A program made the position numbers and the translations under genes. Of a stretch of DNA of 59,732 nt, positions 1 to 9,632 are shown piece by piece (the first letter of the stretch is position 1; each line of letters starts with the position of its first letter). The DNA comes from an uncultured Anaerotruncus sp. GTDB lineage: Bacteria > Bacillota > Clostridia > Oscillospirales > Ruminococcaceae. Below the pieces are notes generated by a model. The model was not told where the DNA came from. It saw only the letters and a list, made by a program, of their open reading frames with translations, and searched no databases. The DNA is taken from the NCBI RefSeq assembly GCF_902490045.1, contig NZ_CABUCJ010000001.1, positions 1 to 59,732 on the forward strand. Reading direction: 5' to 3'.

Positions 1-841
1 TGAGAGTTCGGAGGAACTTCGCAGGCTCCACCCAAAGGGAGCGATCGATCCCGAAGGAGTGGGCGTCGGGTTGTATGACCATGACGCGGGTTATGCCGAC
101 CCCTACAAGGTGGCGGTCGGCTATGCGGAACGTGCACGCGAACTGGGCGTGGACATCCGCTGCGGGGCGGAGGTGCAGGACATCCTGATCGAAAAAGGCC
201 GGGTCACGGGAGTCGTCACCAACAGGGGGACGATCGCGGCGCCGCTGGTCGTCAACGCGGCCGGGATCGGCGCGGTTGCAATCAACCGGATGGCCGGGGT
301 CGAACTGCCACTGAGGTATATGAGCCTCGGGCACGGGGTACTCATCCCGGACGAGCCGTTTGAGACGAACATCCTGACGATCAACGACGCGAGCCGGGAG
401 GAATTTCTCTTCTTCCTGCGTCCTGAGAGCGGTGGAACGGTGCTGATCGGTATGGACCAGGATCTGCCCGACCGGGAGATCGTGCCGGAGACCTATTATA
501 TGGACGCCCCCTTTGACCGTATTGGCAAGTACTATGAACATCTCGTCAAACGGATGCCCTTTATCGCGGGCTATCGGTTGCAGACGGCGTTTGGCGCGCT
601 CGACCTGCGCACCCCCGACTGGAACCCCGGCGTCGGTTTTCTCGCGGACGGACCGGAGGGATTTTATCTGGCAGTCGGCGGAAGCGGGCACAGCTTCAAG
701 CTGGCACCCGCGCTGGGGGAGGTCATTTCACAGGAGCTCACCGGCGAAGCCCCCTCCTTTGATTTCTCAATTTTCGACGTCAACAGGCTGCGCTCGTTTA
801 CCGATGCCGACTTCGGCGGCAGCTTCTTTATCAACGAATGA
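1..841 (+). CDS. FAD-dependent oxidoreductase, DAO/sarcosine oxidase beta family (5'-truncated by window)
   Basis: Frame open from nt 2; motifs GYADP, VVNAAG, TPDWNP and GGSGHSFKLAPALG. Confidence 0.85.
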   Translation, partial: ESSEELRRLHPKGAIDPEGVGVGLYDHDAGYADPYKVAVGYAERARELGVDIRCGAEVQDILIEKGRVTGVVTNRGTIAAPLVVNAAGIGAVAINRMAGVELPLRYMSLGHGVLIPDEPFETNILTINDASREEFLFFLRPESGGTVLIGMDQDLPDREIVPETYYMDAPFDRIGKYYEHLVKRMPFIAGYRLQTAFGALDLRTPDWNPGVGFLADGPEGFYLAVGGSGHSFKLAPALGEVISQELTGEAPSFDFSIFDVNRLRSFTDADFGGSFFINE

Positions 842-855
842 ACGGGGGTGGAGCA

Positions 856-1650
856 GTGAAGATCATCGTATTGGTAAAACAGGTTCCCAACACCACGCAG
901 GTCAAGATCGACCCCAAGACGAACAACCTGGTGCGCGAGGGCGTGCCGAGCGTCATCAATGCCTATGACCTGTACGCGGTCGAAGAGGCGCTCTCCCTGC
1001 GGGAGCGGTTCGGCGGCACTGTGACGGTATTGAGCATGGGTCCCCGACAGGCTGCGGAAGCGCTCAAATACACGATGGCGATGGGCGCCGACCGGGCTGT
1101 GCTGCTGAGCGACCGCGCCTTCGCGGGCTCCGACACGCTGGCCACCTCCTACACCCTTGCGGCCGGGATCCGGCGGCTGGGCGTGCCCGATCTGATTCTC
1201 TGCGGAAAGCAGGCGGCGGATGGAGACACGGCACAGGTGCCCGCGGAGCTTGCCGAGCATCTCGGGATCGGCTGCCTGACCTATGTGGCCCGGGTCCAGA
1301 ATATTTCGGACGGGCGAGCACTCGTGGAACGAACGATGGATTTTGCTGGAATCCGGGCCGAGGTCCGGCTGCCCGCTGTGCTGACGGTCAACAAGGGGAT
1401 CAACGAGCCGAGGCTGCCCGCCCTCAGGGACATGGTGCGGGCGATGTATATGGAATGTGAGCTGATGACGGCGGCGGATGTGGATGTGGAAGAGGGAAGT
1501 ATCTCGCTCGCAGGTTCTCCAACACAGGTGGTGAAGATATTCTCCCCTGAACGGAAAAAGGGCGGCCGGATGCTATCCGGAGGGACGGACGAACAGGTGG
1601 AGGAGCTGCTGCGGCTGCTGGCGGAAGCGAAGCTCGTGTCTGCACAGTGA
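856..1650 (+). CDS. etfB: Electron transfer flavoprotein beta subunit
   Basis: KIIVLVKQVP N-terminus, AGSDTLATS, GKQAADGDTAQV; GTG start at 856. Confidence 0.95.
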   Translation: MKIIVLVKQVPNTTQVKIDPKTNNLVREGVPSVINAYDLYAVEEALSLRERFGGTVTVLSMGPRQAAEALKYTMAMGADRAVLLSDRAFAGSDTLATSYTLAAGIRRLGVPDLILCGKQAADGDTAQVPAELAEHLGIGCLTYVARVQNISDGRALVERTMDFAGIRAEVRLPAVLTVNKGINEPRLPALRDMVRAMYMECELMTAADVDVEEGSISLAGSPTQVVKIFSPERKKGGRMLSGGTDEQVEELLRLLAEAKLVSAQ

Positions 1651-1662
1651 GGAGGGAACGAT

Positions 1663-2871
1663 ATGGCTGAGTTGATCATTGACGCGGGCCGGTGCGTCGG
1701 CTGCGGCGCGTGCGCGGGCGCCTGCCCGTTCGGAGCTCTGCGCATGGAGGGGGAACTTCCTCGTGTGGACTGCGACAAATGCACCCTCTGCGGGGCGTGT
1801 GCTGGCGAATGCCCGGCGGACGCTATCCGCGTGGAGGCGGCGCGCTCCGCGCAGGCGGATCTGGGCGATTACCACGGGATCTGGGTCTATACGGAGCAGT
1901 GGCAGGGAACGATCGATGGCACGGCGTTCGAGCTGCTGACCCGGGCGCGCGAACTCGCGCGGGAGATGGGGGAACCGCTGTCGGCGGTGGCGGTCGGTTC
2001 CGGGATGCGCACTGCCGCGCAGGAGCTGATCGCCTACGGCGCGGACCGCGTCTACCTGCTAGACGCGCCCGCCCTCGCGATGCCCGACGAGGAAATTTAT
2101 GCGCGGCTGCTGGCGGATGAGATCTTCCGCCGCCGCCCCGCGGTCGTGCTCTACGGTGCGAGCACCTTTGGGCGTTCGTTGGCTCCGCGCGTGGCGGCAA
2201 AACTGCACACGGGGCTTACGGCGGACTGCACGAAGCTCGAGATCGACCCGGAGACGAAGCTGCTGCGTCAGACGCGGCCGGCCTTTGGCGGAAACGTCAT
2301 GGCGACGATCCTCTGTCCCAACCACCGTCCCCAGATGGCAACGGTACGCCCGAAGGTTTTCAGAAAAGAGCTGCCAGAAGCCCCACACAGCGGGGAGATC
2401 GTGGAAGCGCCGGTCGACACATCTAAATATGACTTTAAAAGCCAGATTGTAAAGGCCTTTGACTTTCCAAAGGGGAAACTGCACCTCGAGGACGCTGAAA
2501 TTATTGTTTCGGGCGGGGCGGGTTTTAAGAGCAGGGAGGAATACGCACTGGTAGAGGAGCTGGCGGAGGCGCTTGGCGGCTGCGCGGGCGCGAGCCGCTG
2601 TGCGGTCGACGCTGGTTACGCGCCGCACGCGCAGCAGGTGGGGCAGACGGGGAAGGTCGTTACGCCCAAGCTCTATATCGCGGCGGGGATTTCCGGGGCG
2701 ATCCAGCACATGGTCGGCATGGAAAACGCCGATCTGATCGTGGCGATCAACAAGGACCCGGATGCCGCGATTTTTCAGATCGCCGACATAGGAATCGTGG
2801 GGGACGTCATGGAGATCCTTCCGCGGCTGACAAAGGCCGTCCTGCGGGCAAAACAGCGGGAAGCGGTCTGA
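1663..2871 (+). CDS. etfA: Electron transfer flavoprotein alpha subunit with N-terminal 2x[4Fe-4S] ferredoxin domain
   Basis: Two CxxCxxCxxxCP motifs, then GLTADCT, RPAFGGN, QVGQTGK, GISGAIQH. Confidence 0.95.
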   Translation: MAELIIDAGRCVGCGACAGACPFGALRMEGELPRVDCDKCTLCGACAGECPADAIRVEAARSAQADLGDYHGIWVYTEQWQGTIDGTAFELLTRARELAREMGEPLSAVAVGSGMRTAAQELIAYGADRVYLLDAPALAMPDEEIYARLLADEIFRRRPAVVLYGASTFGRSLAPRVAAKLHTGLTADCTKLEIDPETKLLRQTRPAFGGNVMATILCPNHRPQMATVRPKVFRKELPEAPHSGEIVEAPVDTSKYDFKSQIVKAFDFPKGKLHLEDAEIIVSGGAGFKSREEYALVEELAEALGGCAGASRCAVDAGYAPHAQQVGQTGKVVTPKLYIAAGISGAIQHMVGMENADLIVAINKDPDAAIFQIADIGIVGDVMEILPRLTKAVLRAKQREAV

Positions 2872-2885
2872 CGGGCCGTACGGAG

Positions 2886-5183
2886 GTGACAGGATTGAAA
2901 CCGCTCAATGTCATTGGGAAAGGCGTCCGTCGGGTAGACGGCGCAGAAAAGGTAACCGGAAAGGCCCTCTTCAGCGACGACCTGTTCCTACCGGGTATGC
3001 TTTGCGGAAAGGCGCTGCACAGCGCCTATTCCCACGCGGAGATCGTCCGGCTGGACACGGAAAAGGCTCGGGCGCTTCCCGGCGTGCGCGCCGTGCTGAC
3101 CGCGCGGGATGTCAAAAACAACAAATGCTATCACCGGACGGGGGATACGTGGGTCCTGGCTGACGGCGAGGTGCGCTATATCGGAGACATCGTGGCAATT
3201 GTAGCTGCGGACGACGAGCGTACCGCCGAGCGGGCGCTGGGGCTGATCGAGGTGGAGTACCGCCCAAAGGAGCCGGTGGCGCAGCTTCAGGAGGCGGATA
3301 CGGGAGCGCGTCTTGTCCGCGACGACAAGCCGGACAACGTCGCGATGCCGCTTGTGGTCACCCGCGGCGATGTGGAGGCGGATTTCGCGCGGGCGGACGT
3401 CGTGGTCAGCGGGAAATATGTGTTCCCGTCGCTGCATCAGGTGCATCTTGAGCCGAACAGCGCGACGGCGGTCTACGAGCTGGGGAAGCTGACCGTCTAC
3501 TGCGCATCGCAGGTGTGGTTCCATACGAGACACGAGCTCGCCAAAATTACCGGCGTGCCGGAAAAGGATGTCGTGGTGCGCACCATGCAGATCGGCGGAG
3601 CGTTCGGCGCGCGAAACGAGCAGATCACGCCGATTCTGGCGGCGCTGCTGGCGGTGGCCTGCCGCAGACCGGTGAAGCTCACGAACACCCGGCTGGAGGA
3701 ATTCCTCGCGACCCGTCCGTCCGTGGGGATGGAGATCGAAGTGTCGATCGCGGCGGACCGGGAGGGAAACCTTTTGAGTAAAAAATCCAGGCTGCTCACC
3801 GATTTCGGCGCGTTTTCCAGCGACAGCGACGCGGTCACCGCAATCGCGAGCATGCGTGCCGACACCAACTACCACTTCCGCAGCACCCACGTCGAGGCGC
3901 ACGGGCTCTATACCAACCGCACGCCGACCTCCTCCTACCGCGGCTTCGGCAATCCGCAGATGCACTTCGCGCAGGAGTCGCTGCTCGACGAGCTCGCGGA
4001 AAAGCTGGCAATGGACCCGACCGAACTACGCCTGAAAAATTTTATCCGTCCGGGTGAGACGAGCATCCACGGTTTCCAGATCAGTTCGTGCGGGCTCGAA
4101 GCGTGTATGGAAAAGGCAAAGGAGCTGATCGGCTGGGAGGAAAAGCGCCGGAATCCCACGCCCGGGAAGGGGATCGGAGTCGCGGCGCTGGTGCACGCGA
4201 ACAGCAGCCGCGCGGGTGCGCCGGAATTTTCCGGTAGCAGCGCGATGGTCCGGGTGGACAGCGTAGGCAGGGTCACCGCCTATGTGGGCGAATCGGAGAT
4301 CGGGCAGGGCATCTGCACGGTGGTCGCTCAGATTGTGGCGGAGGAGTTCGGCGTTGACCCGCAGGAGGTCTATGTGGTGATGGGCGACACCGACCTCGCC
4401 CCCTTCTCCACGGGGACCAACGGCAGCAAGCTGACGACGAATATTGGAAATTCGGTGTTGTTTGCCTGTCGCGACGCCAAGGAGCAGATCCTCACGGTTT
4501 TGCGCGAACGGCTCGGAATGGGACCGGTTGCGATCGAAGACGGCAAGGTCGTCGGCGAAAACGGTGGAGAACCGCTGATGACGCTTCCGGAGGCGATGGA
4601 AAAGGTGAGCTACCGGCTCAGCGGCCGGCCTGTTATCGGTTTCGGTTCCTTTGAGCCCCACACGGTGACGGGGGACCGCACGGGGTATGGGCACCTCGCC
4701 CCAACCTATCCGTTCGGCGTGCAGATGGCAGAGGTCACCGTCGCTGAAAACGGGAACTTCACGATCGACCGGATCGTGTCGGTTCACGATGTCGGGCGGG
4801 TCGTCAATACCCAGATGGCGCTCGGACAGATCTACGGTGGCGTGATGCAGGCGGTCGGCTTTACGACGCTCGAGGACCTCGCGCCCAATGAGCATGGGGT
4901 CTATGCCGCGAACACGCTGCTGGAATACAAGGCGCCGACCGTCTGGGAGATGCCGGAGATCCTAGGCACGTTTGTGGAGACGAACGATCCCTTCGGACCC
5001 TACGGTGCGAAGGGAATTGGGGAACCTCCGATCATCGCGGTGGCCCCTGCGGTCGCCAACGCGATCTATAACGCCTGCGGCGTCCGGTTCCGGGAAATTC
5101 CGATCACCCCGGTAAGAATCCGGCAAAAAAAGCTGGAACAACAGCGGGTGCGGGCCGGTGAAAAAAAGGAGGATGGGCTGTGA
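2886..5183 (+). CDS. Xanthine dehydrogenase-family molybdopterin-binding subunit (HcrA-like)
   Basis: KVTGKA, GGAFGAR, YRGFG, EIGQG, GAKGIGEPP motifs. Confidence 0.9.
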   Translation: MTGLKPLNVIGKGVRRVDGAEKVTGKALFSDDLFLPGMLCGKALHSAYSHAEIVRLDTEKARALPGVRAVLTARDVKNNKCYHRTGDTWVLADGEVRYIGDIVAIVAADDERTAERALGLIEVEYRPKEPVAQLQEADTGARLVRDDKPDNVAMPLVVTRGDVEADFARADVVVSGKYVFPSLHQVHLEPNSATAVYELGKLTVYCASQVWFHTRHELAKITGVPEKDVVVRTMQIGGAFGARNEQITPILAALLAVACRRPVKLTNTRLEEFLATRPSVGMEIEVSIAADREGNLLSKKSRLLTDFGAFSSDSDAVTAIASMRADTNYHFRSTHVEAHGLYTNRTPTSSYRGFGNPQMHFAQESLLDELAEKLAMDPTELRLKNFIRPGETSIHGFQISSCGLEACMEKAKELIGWEEKRRNPTPGKGIGVAALVHANSSRAGAPEFSGSSAMVRVDSVGRVTAYVGESEIGQGICTVVAQIVAEEFGVDPQEVYVVMGDTDLAPFSTGTNGSKLTTNIGNSVLFACRDAKEQILTVLRERLGMGPVAIEDGKVVGENGGEPLMTLPEAMEKVSYRLSGRPVIGFGSFEPHTVTGDRTGYGHLAPTYPFGVQMAEVTVAENGNFTIDRIVSVHDVGRVVNTQMALGQIYGGVMQAVGFTTLEDLAPNEHGVYAANTLLEYKAPTVWEMPEILGTFVETNDPFGPYGAKGIGEPPIIAVAPAVANAIYNACGVRFREIPITPVRIRQKKLEQQRVRAGEKKEDGL

Positions 5184-5656
5184 GCAGCTTTCGTTTGCAC
5201 ATCTGGGTCAATGGGGAGCGGTATGAGGACGATATCCCCTCCGACCTGCTGCTGATTGACTATCTGCGCGGTTTCCGGCATCTGACGGGGACCAAACGCG
5301 CGTGCGGCGCGGGGGAGTGCGGCGCGTGCACCGTCCTGTTGGACGGCAGGGCGGTTTACTCCTGCATCATGCTCGCGCTGCAGGCAGACGGCAGGTCGGT
5401 GGAGACGATTGAAGGGCTCCGGGAGGGGGACGCTCTGCATCCCATCCAGCAGGCGTTTTTGGACGCGGGGGCGGTGCAGTGCGGATATTGCACGCCCGGG
5501 ATGATCATGTCCGCAAAGGCGCTGCTCGACAGCGACCCCCACCCGGATGAATACTGCGTCCGGGAGGCGCTTTCGGGCAATCTCTGCAGGTGCACCGGGT
5601 ACGCACAGATCCTCGATGCGGTCCGTCTCGCCTCGGAGAGGCTGCCAAAGCCGTAG
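5180..5656 (+). CDS. Molybdoenzyme 2x[2Fe-2S] small subunit (HcrC/XdhC-like)
   Basis: GTKRACGAGECGACTV, QCGYCTPG, GNLCRCTGY. Confidence 0.95.
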   Translation: MSSFRLHIWVNGERYEDDIPSDLLLIDYLRGFRHLTGTKRACGAGECGACTVLLDGRAVYSCIMLALQADGRSVETIEGLREGDALHPIQQAFLDAGAVQCGYCTPGMIMSAKALLDSDPHPDEYCVREALSGNLCRCTGYAQILDAVRLASERLPKP

Positions 5657-5738
5657 ACGGACGGTTCCCGCCGGATTTTCTGCGCAGGGCGGGGAAACCA
5701 ATGACAGCCGGCGCGCAGCGGCGGAAAGGGGGCTTTCG

Positions 5739-6710
5739 ATGGAAGTTGTCAAGATGGATTCAGTTGCGGCCGTCAGCCGGTTCCTGATGGAGCATCCCGG
5801 GGCGGGCCTTGTCGCGGGGGGGACCGATCTGATCCCCCGGCTCAATCAGAAGATCGAATCGCGCGCGCTGCTCTGCTCGATCGACGGGATCTCGGAGCTC
5901 TCCAAGGTACAGGAGCTGCCGGATGGAGGTGTCCTGATCGGCGCGGGGGTACGGCTTTCGGAGATTCCCGGCCATCCGCTGCTTGCCGGTTACGCCGCGC
6001 TCACCCGCGCGGCGGGGGAGGCGGCCTCGCTCCAGATACGCAACCGGGCGACGCTCGGCGGGAATATCCTGCAGGAGAACCGGTGTATGTACTTCAACCA
6101 GTCGGTCCACTGGTCGCAGCTGAACCGCTGCTTCAAGCTGGGTGGGGACCAGTGCTTTCAGTACCGCAAAAGCCCGGAGTGCGTCGCGCTTTTCCAGTCG
6201 GATGCGGCCCCTGCGCTGATGGCGCTGGGCGCGTCCGCGGTGGTGCAGAACGGCGACGTGCGGCGGGAGTTTCTGCTCGGTGAGCTTTATCTGCGCGCGG
6301 GGAAGAAGAACCTGTGTCCGGGAGACGTCCTGACCGGCGTCAGGCTGCCGCCCCTTCGGGAGGGAAGCAGCAGCGCCTACGAACGAAAGACACTGCGCGG
6401 TTCCTTCGATTTCCCGCTGATCAGCTGTGCGGTGTCGCTGTGCGAACGGAACGGCAGGGTATCTTCCCTGAGGGCGGTCCTGGGTTCCGCCGGCGTGATG
6501 CCACAGGAAATCCCGGAGGCGGGAGAACTGCTCATCGGGCTTGCGGCAGAGGCACTGCCGCAGGCGGCGCCTCGGGTACTGCCAGCGCTCCGCCACGCGG
6601 TCGCGCCCTTCCGGGACACACGCGTCAACGGCGCCGTGCGGACGGAGATGGGCGGGGAGGTGTTCCTGCGCGCCGTCAAAGCAGCGGCGGAGGCGTGCGG
6701 CCAGAAATGA
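5739..6710 (+). CDS. Molybdoenzyme FAD-binding subunit with Cys-rich [4Fe-4S] insert (HcrB-like)
   Basis: AGGTDL and IRNRATLGGN, then RCMYFNQ..CFKLGGDQC..ECVA insert; ATG 5739 follows RBS GAAAGGGGG. Confidence 0.9.
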   Translation: MEVVKMDSVAAVSRFLMEHPGAGLVAGGTDLIPRLNQKIESRALLCSIDGISELSKVQELPDGGVLIGAGVRLSEIPGHPLLAGYAALTRAAGEAASLQIRNRATLGGNILQENRCMYFNQSVHWSQLNRCFKLGGDQCFQYRKSPECVALFQSDAAPALMALGASAVVQNGDVRREFLLGELYLRAGKKNLCPGDVLTGVRLPPLREGSSSAYERKTLRGSFDFPLISCAVSLCERNGRVSSLRAVLGSAGVMPQEIPEAGELLIGLAAEALPQAAPRVLPALRHAVAPFRDTRVNGAVRTEMGGEVFLRAVKAAAEACGQK

Positions 6711-6767
6711 CCGGAGGTGCTCCGGTACGGCGCGGGGGACAGGTCATGTTCAGAGGGGGAGAGTCGT

Positions 6768-7370
6768 ATGGGGCGTTACATTGTGGGTGTGACCGGTGCG
6801 AGCGGAACGGTCTATGCCGAACGGCTTATTGCGCGGCTGACGCAAAAGGGACACGAGGTGCGCCTTTGCGTCACCGACGCGGGCCGGATGGTTTCCCGTG
6901 AGGAACGGGACTGGGAGGCCGGGACACCGGAGGCGCTGGAACGCTGCCTGCGAGAGCGGTGCGGCGCGCCGGAGGAATTGCTGCGCGTCTATCCCATCCA
7001 TGCGGTTGGCGCGGACATCGCCAGCGGATCGTTTCATTCCGACGGGATGATCGTGCTGCCCTGTTCGATGGGGACCCTCTCCTCAATTGCGCACGGGGCG
7101 TCCCACAACCTGCTGGAACGTGCGGCGGACGTGATGCTTAAGGAGCGTCTCCCGCTGCTTCTAGTTCCGCGGGAGGCCCCTTATAACACCATCCATCTGG
7201 AAAACATGCTTACGCTTTCCCGGCTGGGTGTTATTTTGGTCCCCGCGAGCCCGGCCTTTTATCATCGTCCGCATTCCGTGGACGAGCTTGTGGATTTTTT
7301 CGTCACCCGCCTGCTTGACCAGCTTGGTATTCGGGAAGAGTGTCCGGCCCGATGGCGGGGAATGGAATAG
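6768..7370 (+). CDS. ubiX: Flavin prenyltransferase UbiX
   Basis: VGVTGASG, IASGSF, PCSMGTL, RAADVMLKER, PREAP, PASPAFYH. Confidence 0.95.
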   Translation: MGRYIVGVTGASGTVYAERLIARLTQKGHEVRLCVTDAGRMVSREERDWEAGTPEALERCLRERCGAPEELLRVYPIHAVGADIASGSFHSDGMIVLPCSMGTLSSIAHGASHNLLERAADVMLKERLPLLLVPREAPYNTIHLENMLTLSRLGVILVPASPAFYHRPHSVDELVDFFVTRLLDQLGIREECPARWRGME

Positions 7371-7447
7371 ACGAGAACATATCCTGTATCAAATACCGTC
7401 CGCCAGTCGATGAGATGACCGGGGTATCATCATAAGGAGGAAAAGCA

Positions 7448-8845
7448 ATGTCAATCAAGTACATTCCGGAGCCCTTCCGAATCAAAATGGTGGAGACGAT
7501 CAGGATGACCACCCGGGAGGAACGGGAGGAAAAGATCGCGGCGGCGCATTACAACATGTTCAATCTTCGGGGCGAGGATGTCTACATTGATCTGTTGACC
7601 GACTCGGGCACCAATGCGATGAGCGCGGAGCAGTGGGCGGGAGTGATGAATGGAGACGAGGCCTATGCCGGCGCACGCAGTTACTACCGGCTGGTGGAAA
7701 CGGCGCAGGAGTTGTTCGGCTACGAGTATATCCAGCCAGTCCACCAGGGGCGCGCGGCGGAAAAGGTACTCTTCCCGGCGTTCCTGCACGAGGGGCAGTT
7801 TGCAATTTCCAACATGTTTTTTGATACGACCCGCGCACATGTCGAGCTGGCGGGCGCGCGTGCCATTGACTGCGTCGTCGAGGAGGCAAAGGATCCCTCC
7901 CACCGCTGCAAGTTCAAGGGAAATATGGATGTGGCCAGACTGGAAAGGCTTATCAAGGAATACGGCCCGGAACGTATCGGGCTGGTCGTCATGACGATCA
8001 CCAACAATTCGGCGGGCGGTCAGCCTGTTTCCCTCCAGAATATGGAGGAGGTCTCCGCAGTCTGCAAAAAGTACCATATCCCGCTGGACATCGACGCGGC
8101 GCGCTACGCGGAGAACGCCTACTTCGTCAAACGTGATGAAGAGGCGTGTAAGGGAATGTCCATCAAAGAGATCGTACACAAAATGTTTTCCTTCGCGGAT
8201 CTGTTTACGATGTCCGCCAAAAAGGACGGCATCGTCAATATGGGCGGCCTGATCGGTGTCCGCGATCCTAAGGAGAATGCCGACCTTGTTATGAAGATAC
8301 GTGCCAACTGCATCAGCTACGAGGGGTTTATCACCTATGGCGGACTGGCTGGACGCGATTTGGAGGCGCTGGCGATCGGCATGCGTGAGGGAATCGATGA
8401 GGATTATCTGCGCTACCGCATTGGGCAGATGGAGTACCTCGCCGCCCGACTGGACGACGCTGGCATCGCCTATCAGGCACCGGTCGGCGGGCACGGCGTA
8501 TTTGTTGATGCGGCGGCCATGTTCCCGCAGATTCCCTATTATGAGTTCCCGGGGCAGGTTCTCAGCATTGAACTCTATAAAGAGGCGGGCATTCGTGCCT
8601 GCGATATCGGTTCCTACATGCTCGGAAACGACCCCGACACCGGAAAACAGCTGCATGCAGACTTTGAATTCACAAGGCTCGCGATTCCGCGCCGCGTCTA
8701 CACCCAGGCGCATTTTGACATCATGGCGGAAGCGCTTATTGCGATCAAGGCCCGTGCGCATGAGATTAAACGCGGCTATAGAATTACTTGGGAACCGCCC
8801 ATTCTGCGGCACTTCCAGGCCCACTTGACCCCGATTGACGGCTGA
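7448..8845 (+). CDS. tnaA: Tryptophanase (tryptophan indole-lyase)
   Basis: [19 protein letters not shown] Lys motif MSAKKD; TnaA-type residues FFDTT (Asp), DIGS (no TPL Arg381) and LRHF (His). Confidence 0.88.
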   Translation: MSIKYIPEPFRIKMVETIRMTTREEREEKIAAAHYNMFNLRGEDVYIDLLTDSGTNAMSAEQWAGVMNGDEAYAGARSYYRLVETAQELFGYEYIQPVHQGRAAEKVLFPAFLHEGQFAISNMFFDTTRAHVELAGARAIDCVVEEAKDPSHRCKFKGNMDVARLERLIKEYGPERIGLVVMTITNNSAGGQPVSLQNMEEVSAVCKKYHIPLDIDAARYAENAYFVKRDEEACKGMSIKEIVHKMFSFADLFTMSAKKDGIVNMGGLIGVRDPKENADLVMKIRANCISYEGFITYGGLAGRDLEALAIGMREGIDEDYLRYRIGQMEYLAARLDDAGIAYQAPVGGHGVFVDAAAMFPQIPYYEFPGQVLSIELYKEAGIRACDIGSYMLGNDPDTGKQLHADFEFTRLAIPRRVYTQAHFDIMAEALIAIKARAHEIKRGYRITWEPPILRHFQAHLTPIDG

Positions 8846-8848
8846 AAT

Positions 8849-8887
8849 ACGGAAAGGAGGCGGCGCGGAACGCCGCCTCCTTTCCGT
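8849..8887 (+). terminator. Intrinsic terminator after tnaA
   Basis: 17-bp perfect inverted repeat ACGGAAAGGAGGCGGCG / CGCCGCCTCCTTTCCGT. Confidence 0.8.
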
Positions 8888-8920
8888 CCGTTTCCGCATA
8901 CAGAATTGGTGCCATTCCTG

Positions 8921-9034
8921 TGCATGGGCTTTGGATGCAACGCGGCGGGCATCACGGGCTGCCGAATCATCGATTCGCCGCGGGAACGCCTGATCGCGAT
9001 CATCACGAACAATTTTGTTCCCTGCAACGGGCGA
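8921..9034 (+). pseudogene. feoB: Internal 38-codon fragment of a split feoB-like gene (gate region)
   Basis: [38 protein letters not shown]; continues in frame as FPTLIAII at 25150. Confidence 0.9.
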
Positions 9035-9059
9035 TTGCCCCCTCCCGGGAGATGGAAAC
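9034..9059 (+). repeat. Left attachment site (core ATT plus arm CCCCTCCCGGGAGATGGAAAC)
   Basis: Arm 9039-9059 matches the reverse complement of 25127-25147 at 18/21 positions. Confidence 0.85.
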
Positions 9060-9342
9060 AATCGCCGGTTTCAGGGCTGATATGGAGCTTTTTGACCTGG
9101 ATTTGGAGGTGGAAACGACAGTTTTGTTGCCCTGTGGTAAGAGACCCTGGGGTCACTTACCAGACATCCAAAAGGCTTTCAGTCAGACGCTACAGGATTA
9201 CCGCAGCAAAAGGCATCTTACTCAAAAACAGCTCGCTGTTCAGCTTGGCGTGGCGGAAACGACACTTCGCCTCTGGGAACAGGGAAAGACGATTCCACAT
9301 CCCTCCACCCGGTTGAGGGCGGAAAAGATGTTGAAAGAGTAA
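9052..9342 (+). CDS. XRE-family HTH protein (start 9052 or 9082)
   Basis: [27 protein letters not shown]ro/CI-type HTH. Confidence 0.7.
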   Translation: METIAGFRADMELFDLDLEVETTVLLPCGKRPWGHLPDIQKAFSQTLQDYRSKRHLTQKQLAVQLGVAETTLRLWEQGKTIPHPSTRLRAEKMLKE

Positions 9343-9384
9343 AAGGCAGGCCGCGATTCAAAAACGAACCGCGGCCTGCCTTTT
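9341..9384. terminator. Bidirectional terminator between convergent genes
   Basis: AAAAGGCAGGCCGCG...CGCGGCCTGCCTTTT. Confidence 0.8.
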
Positions 9385-9574
9385 AGAGATTGGATGATAG
9401 AAGTTGTATGATACGTGTCAAAACCTCTGTTTTTTGCATGGGGGACAGCGCGGATTCATTCAACCTCCGCTCAATGAGTTGGAGATGGTACTGATTCGCC
9501 CGCTCCGCGATGGACTTTCCATCCGGGGAGGGAACAAAATGAATCCGTACATGCTGAATCTGGTTTCGCTTCAT
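9383..9574 (-). CDS. Small hypothetical protein (63 aa) downstream of the tyrosine recombinase
   Basis: ATG with GAGGGGG RBS; MKRNQIQHVRIHF...; co-oriented with the integrase. Confidence 0.6.
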   Translation of the reverse strand: MKRNQIQHVRIHFVPSPDGKSIAERANQYHLQLIERRLNESALSPMQKTEVLTRIIQLLSSNL

Positions 9575-9632
9575 TTTTGCCGCCCCCTCGTCACAGGGTA
9601 TGCGGGGAGCGATTTGTCCTATTCCGACGCAC

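Noticed and set aside
7448..8845. Tyrosine phenol-lyase call (tempting next to Hcr-like and ubiX genes)
   Set aside because: Diagnostic residues are tryptophanase-type: FFDTT, SAKKD, no Arg381 equivalent, LRHF.
8906..9316. 136-aa ORF as a real gene
   Set aside because: It is the feoB fragment reading through the att site into element DNA and overlapping the XRE gene.
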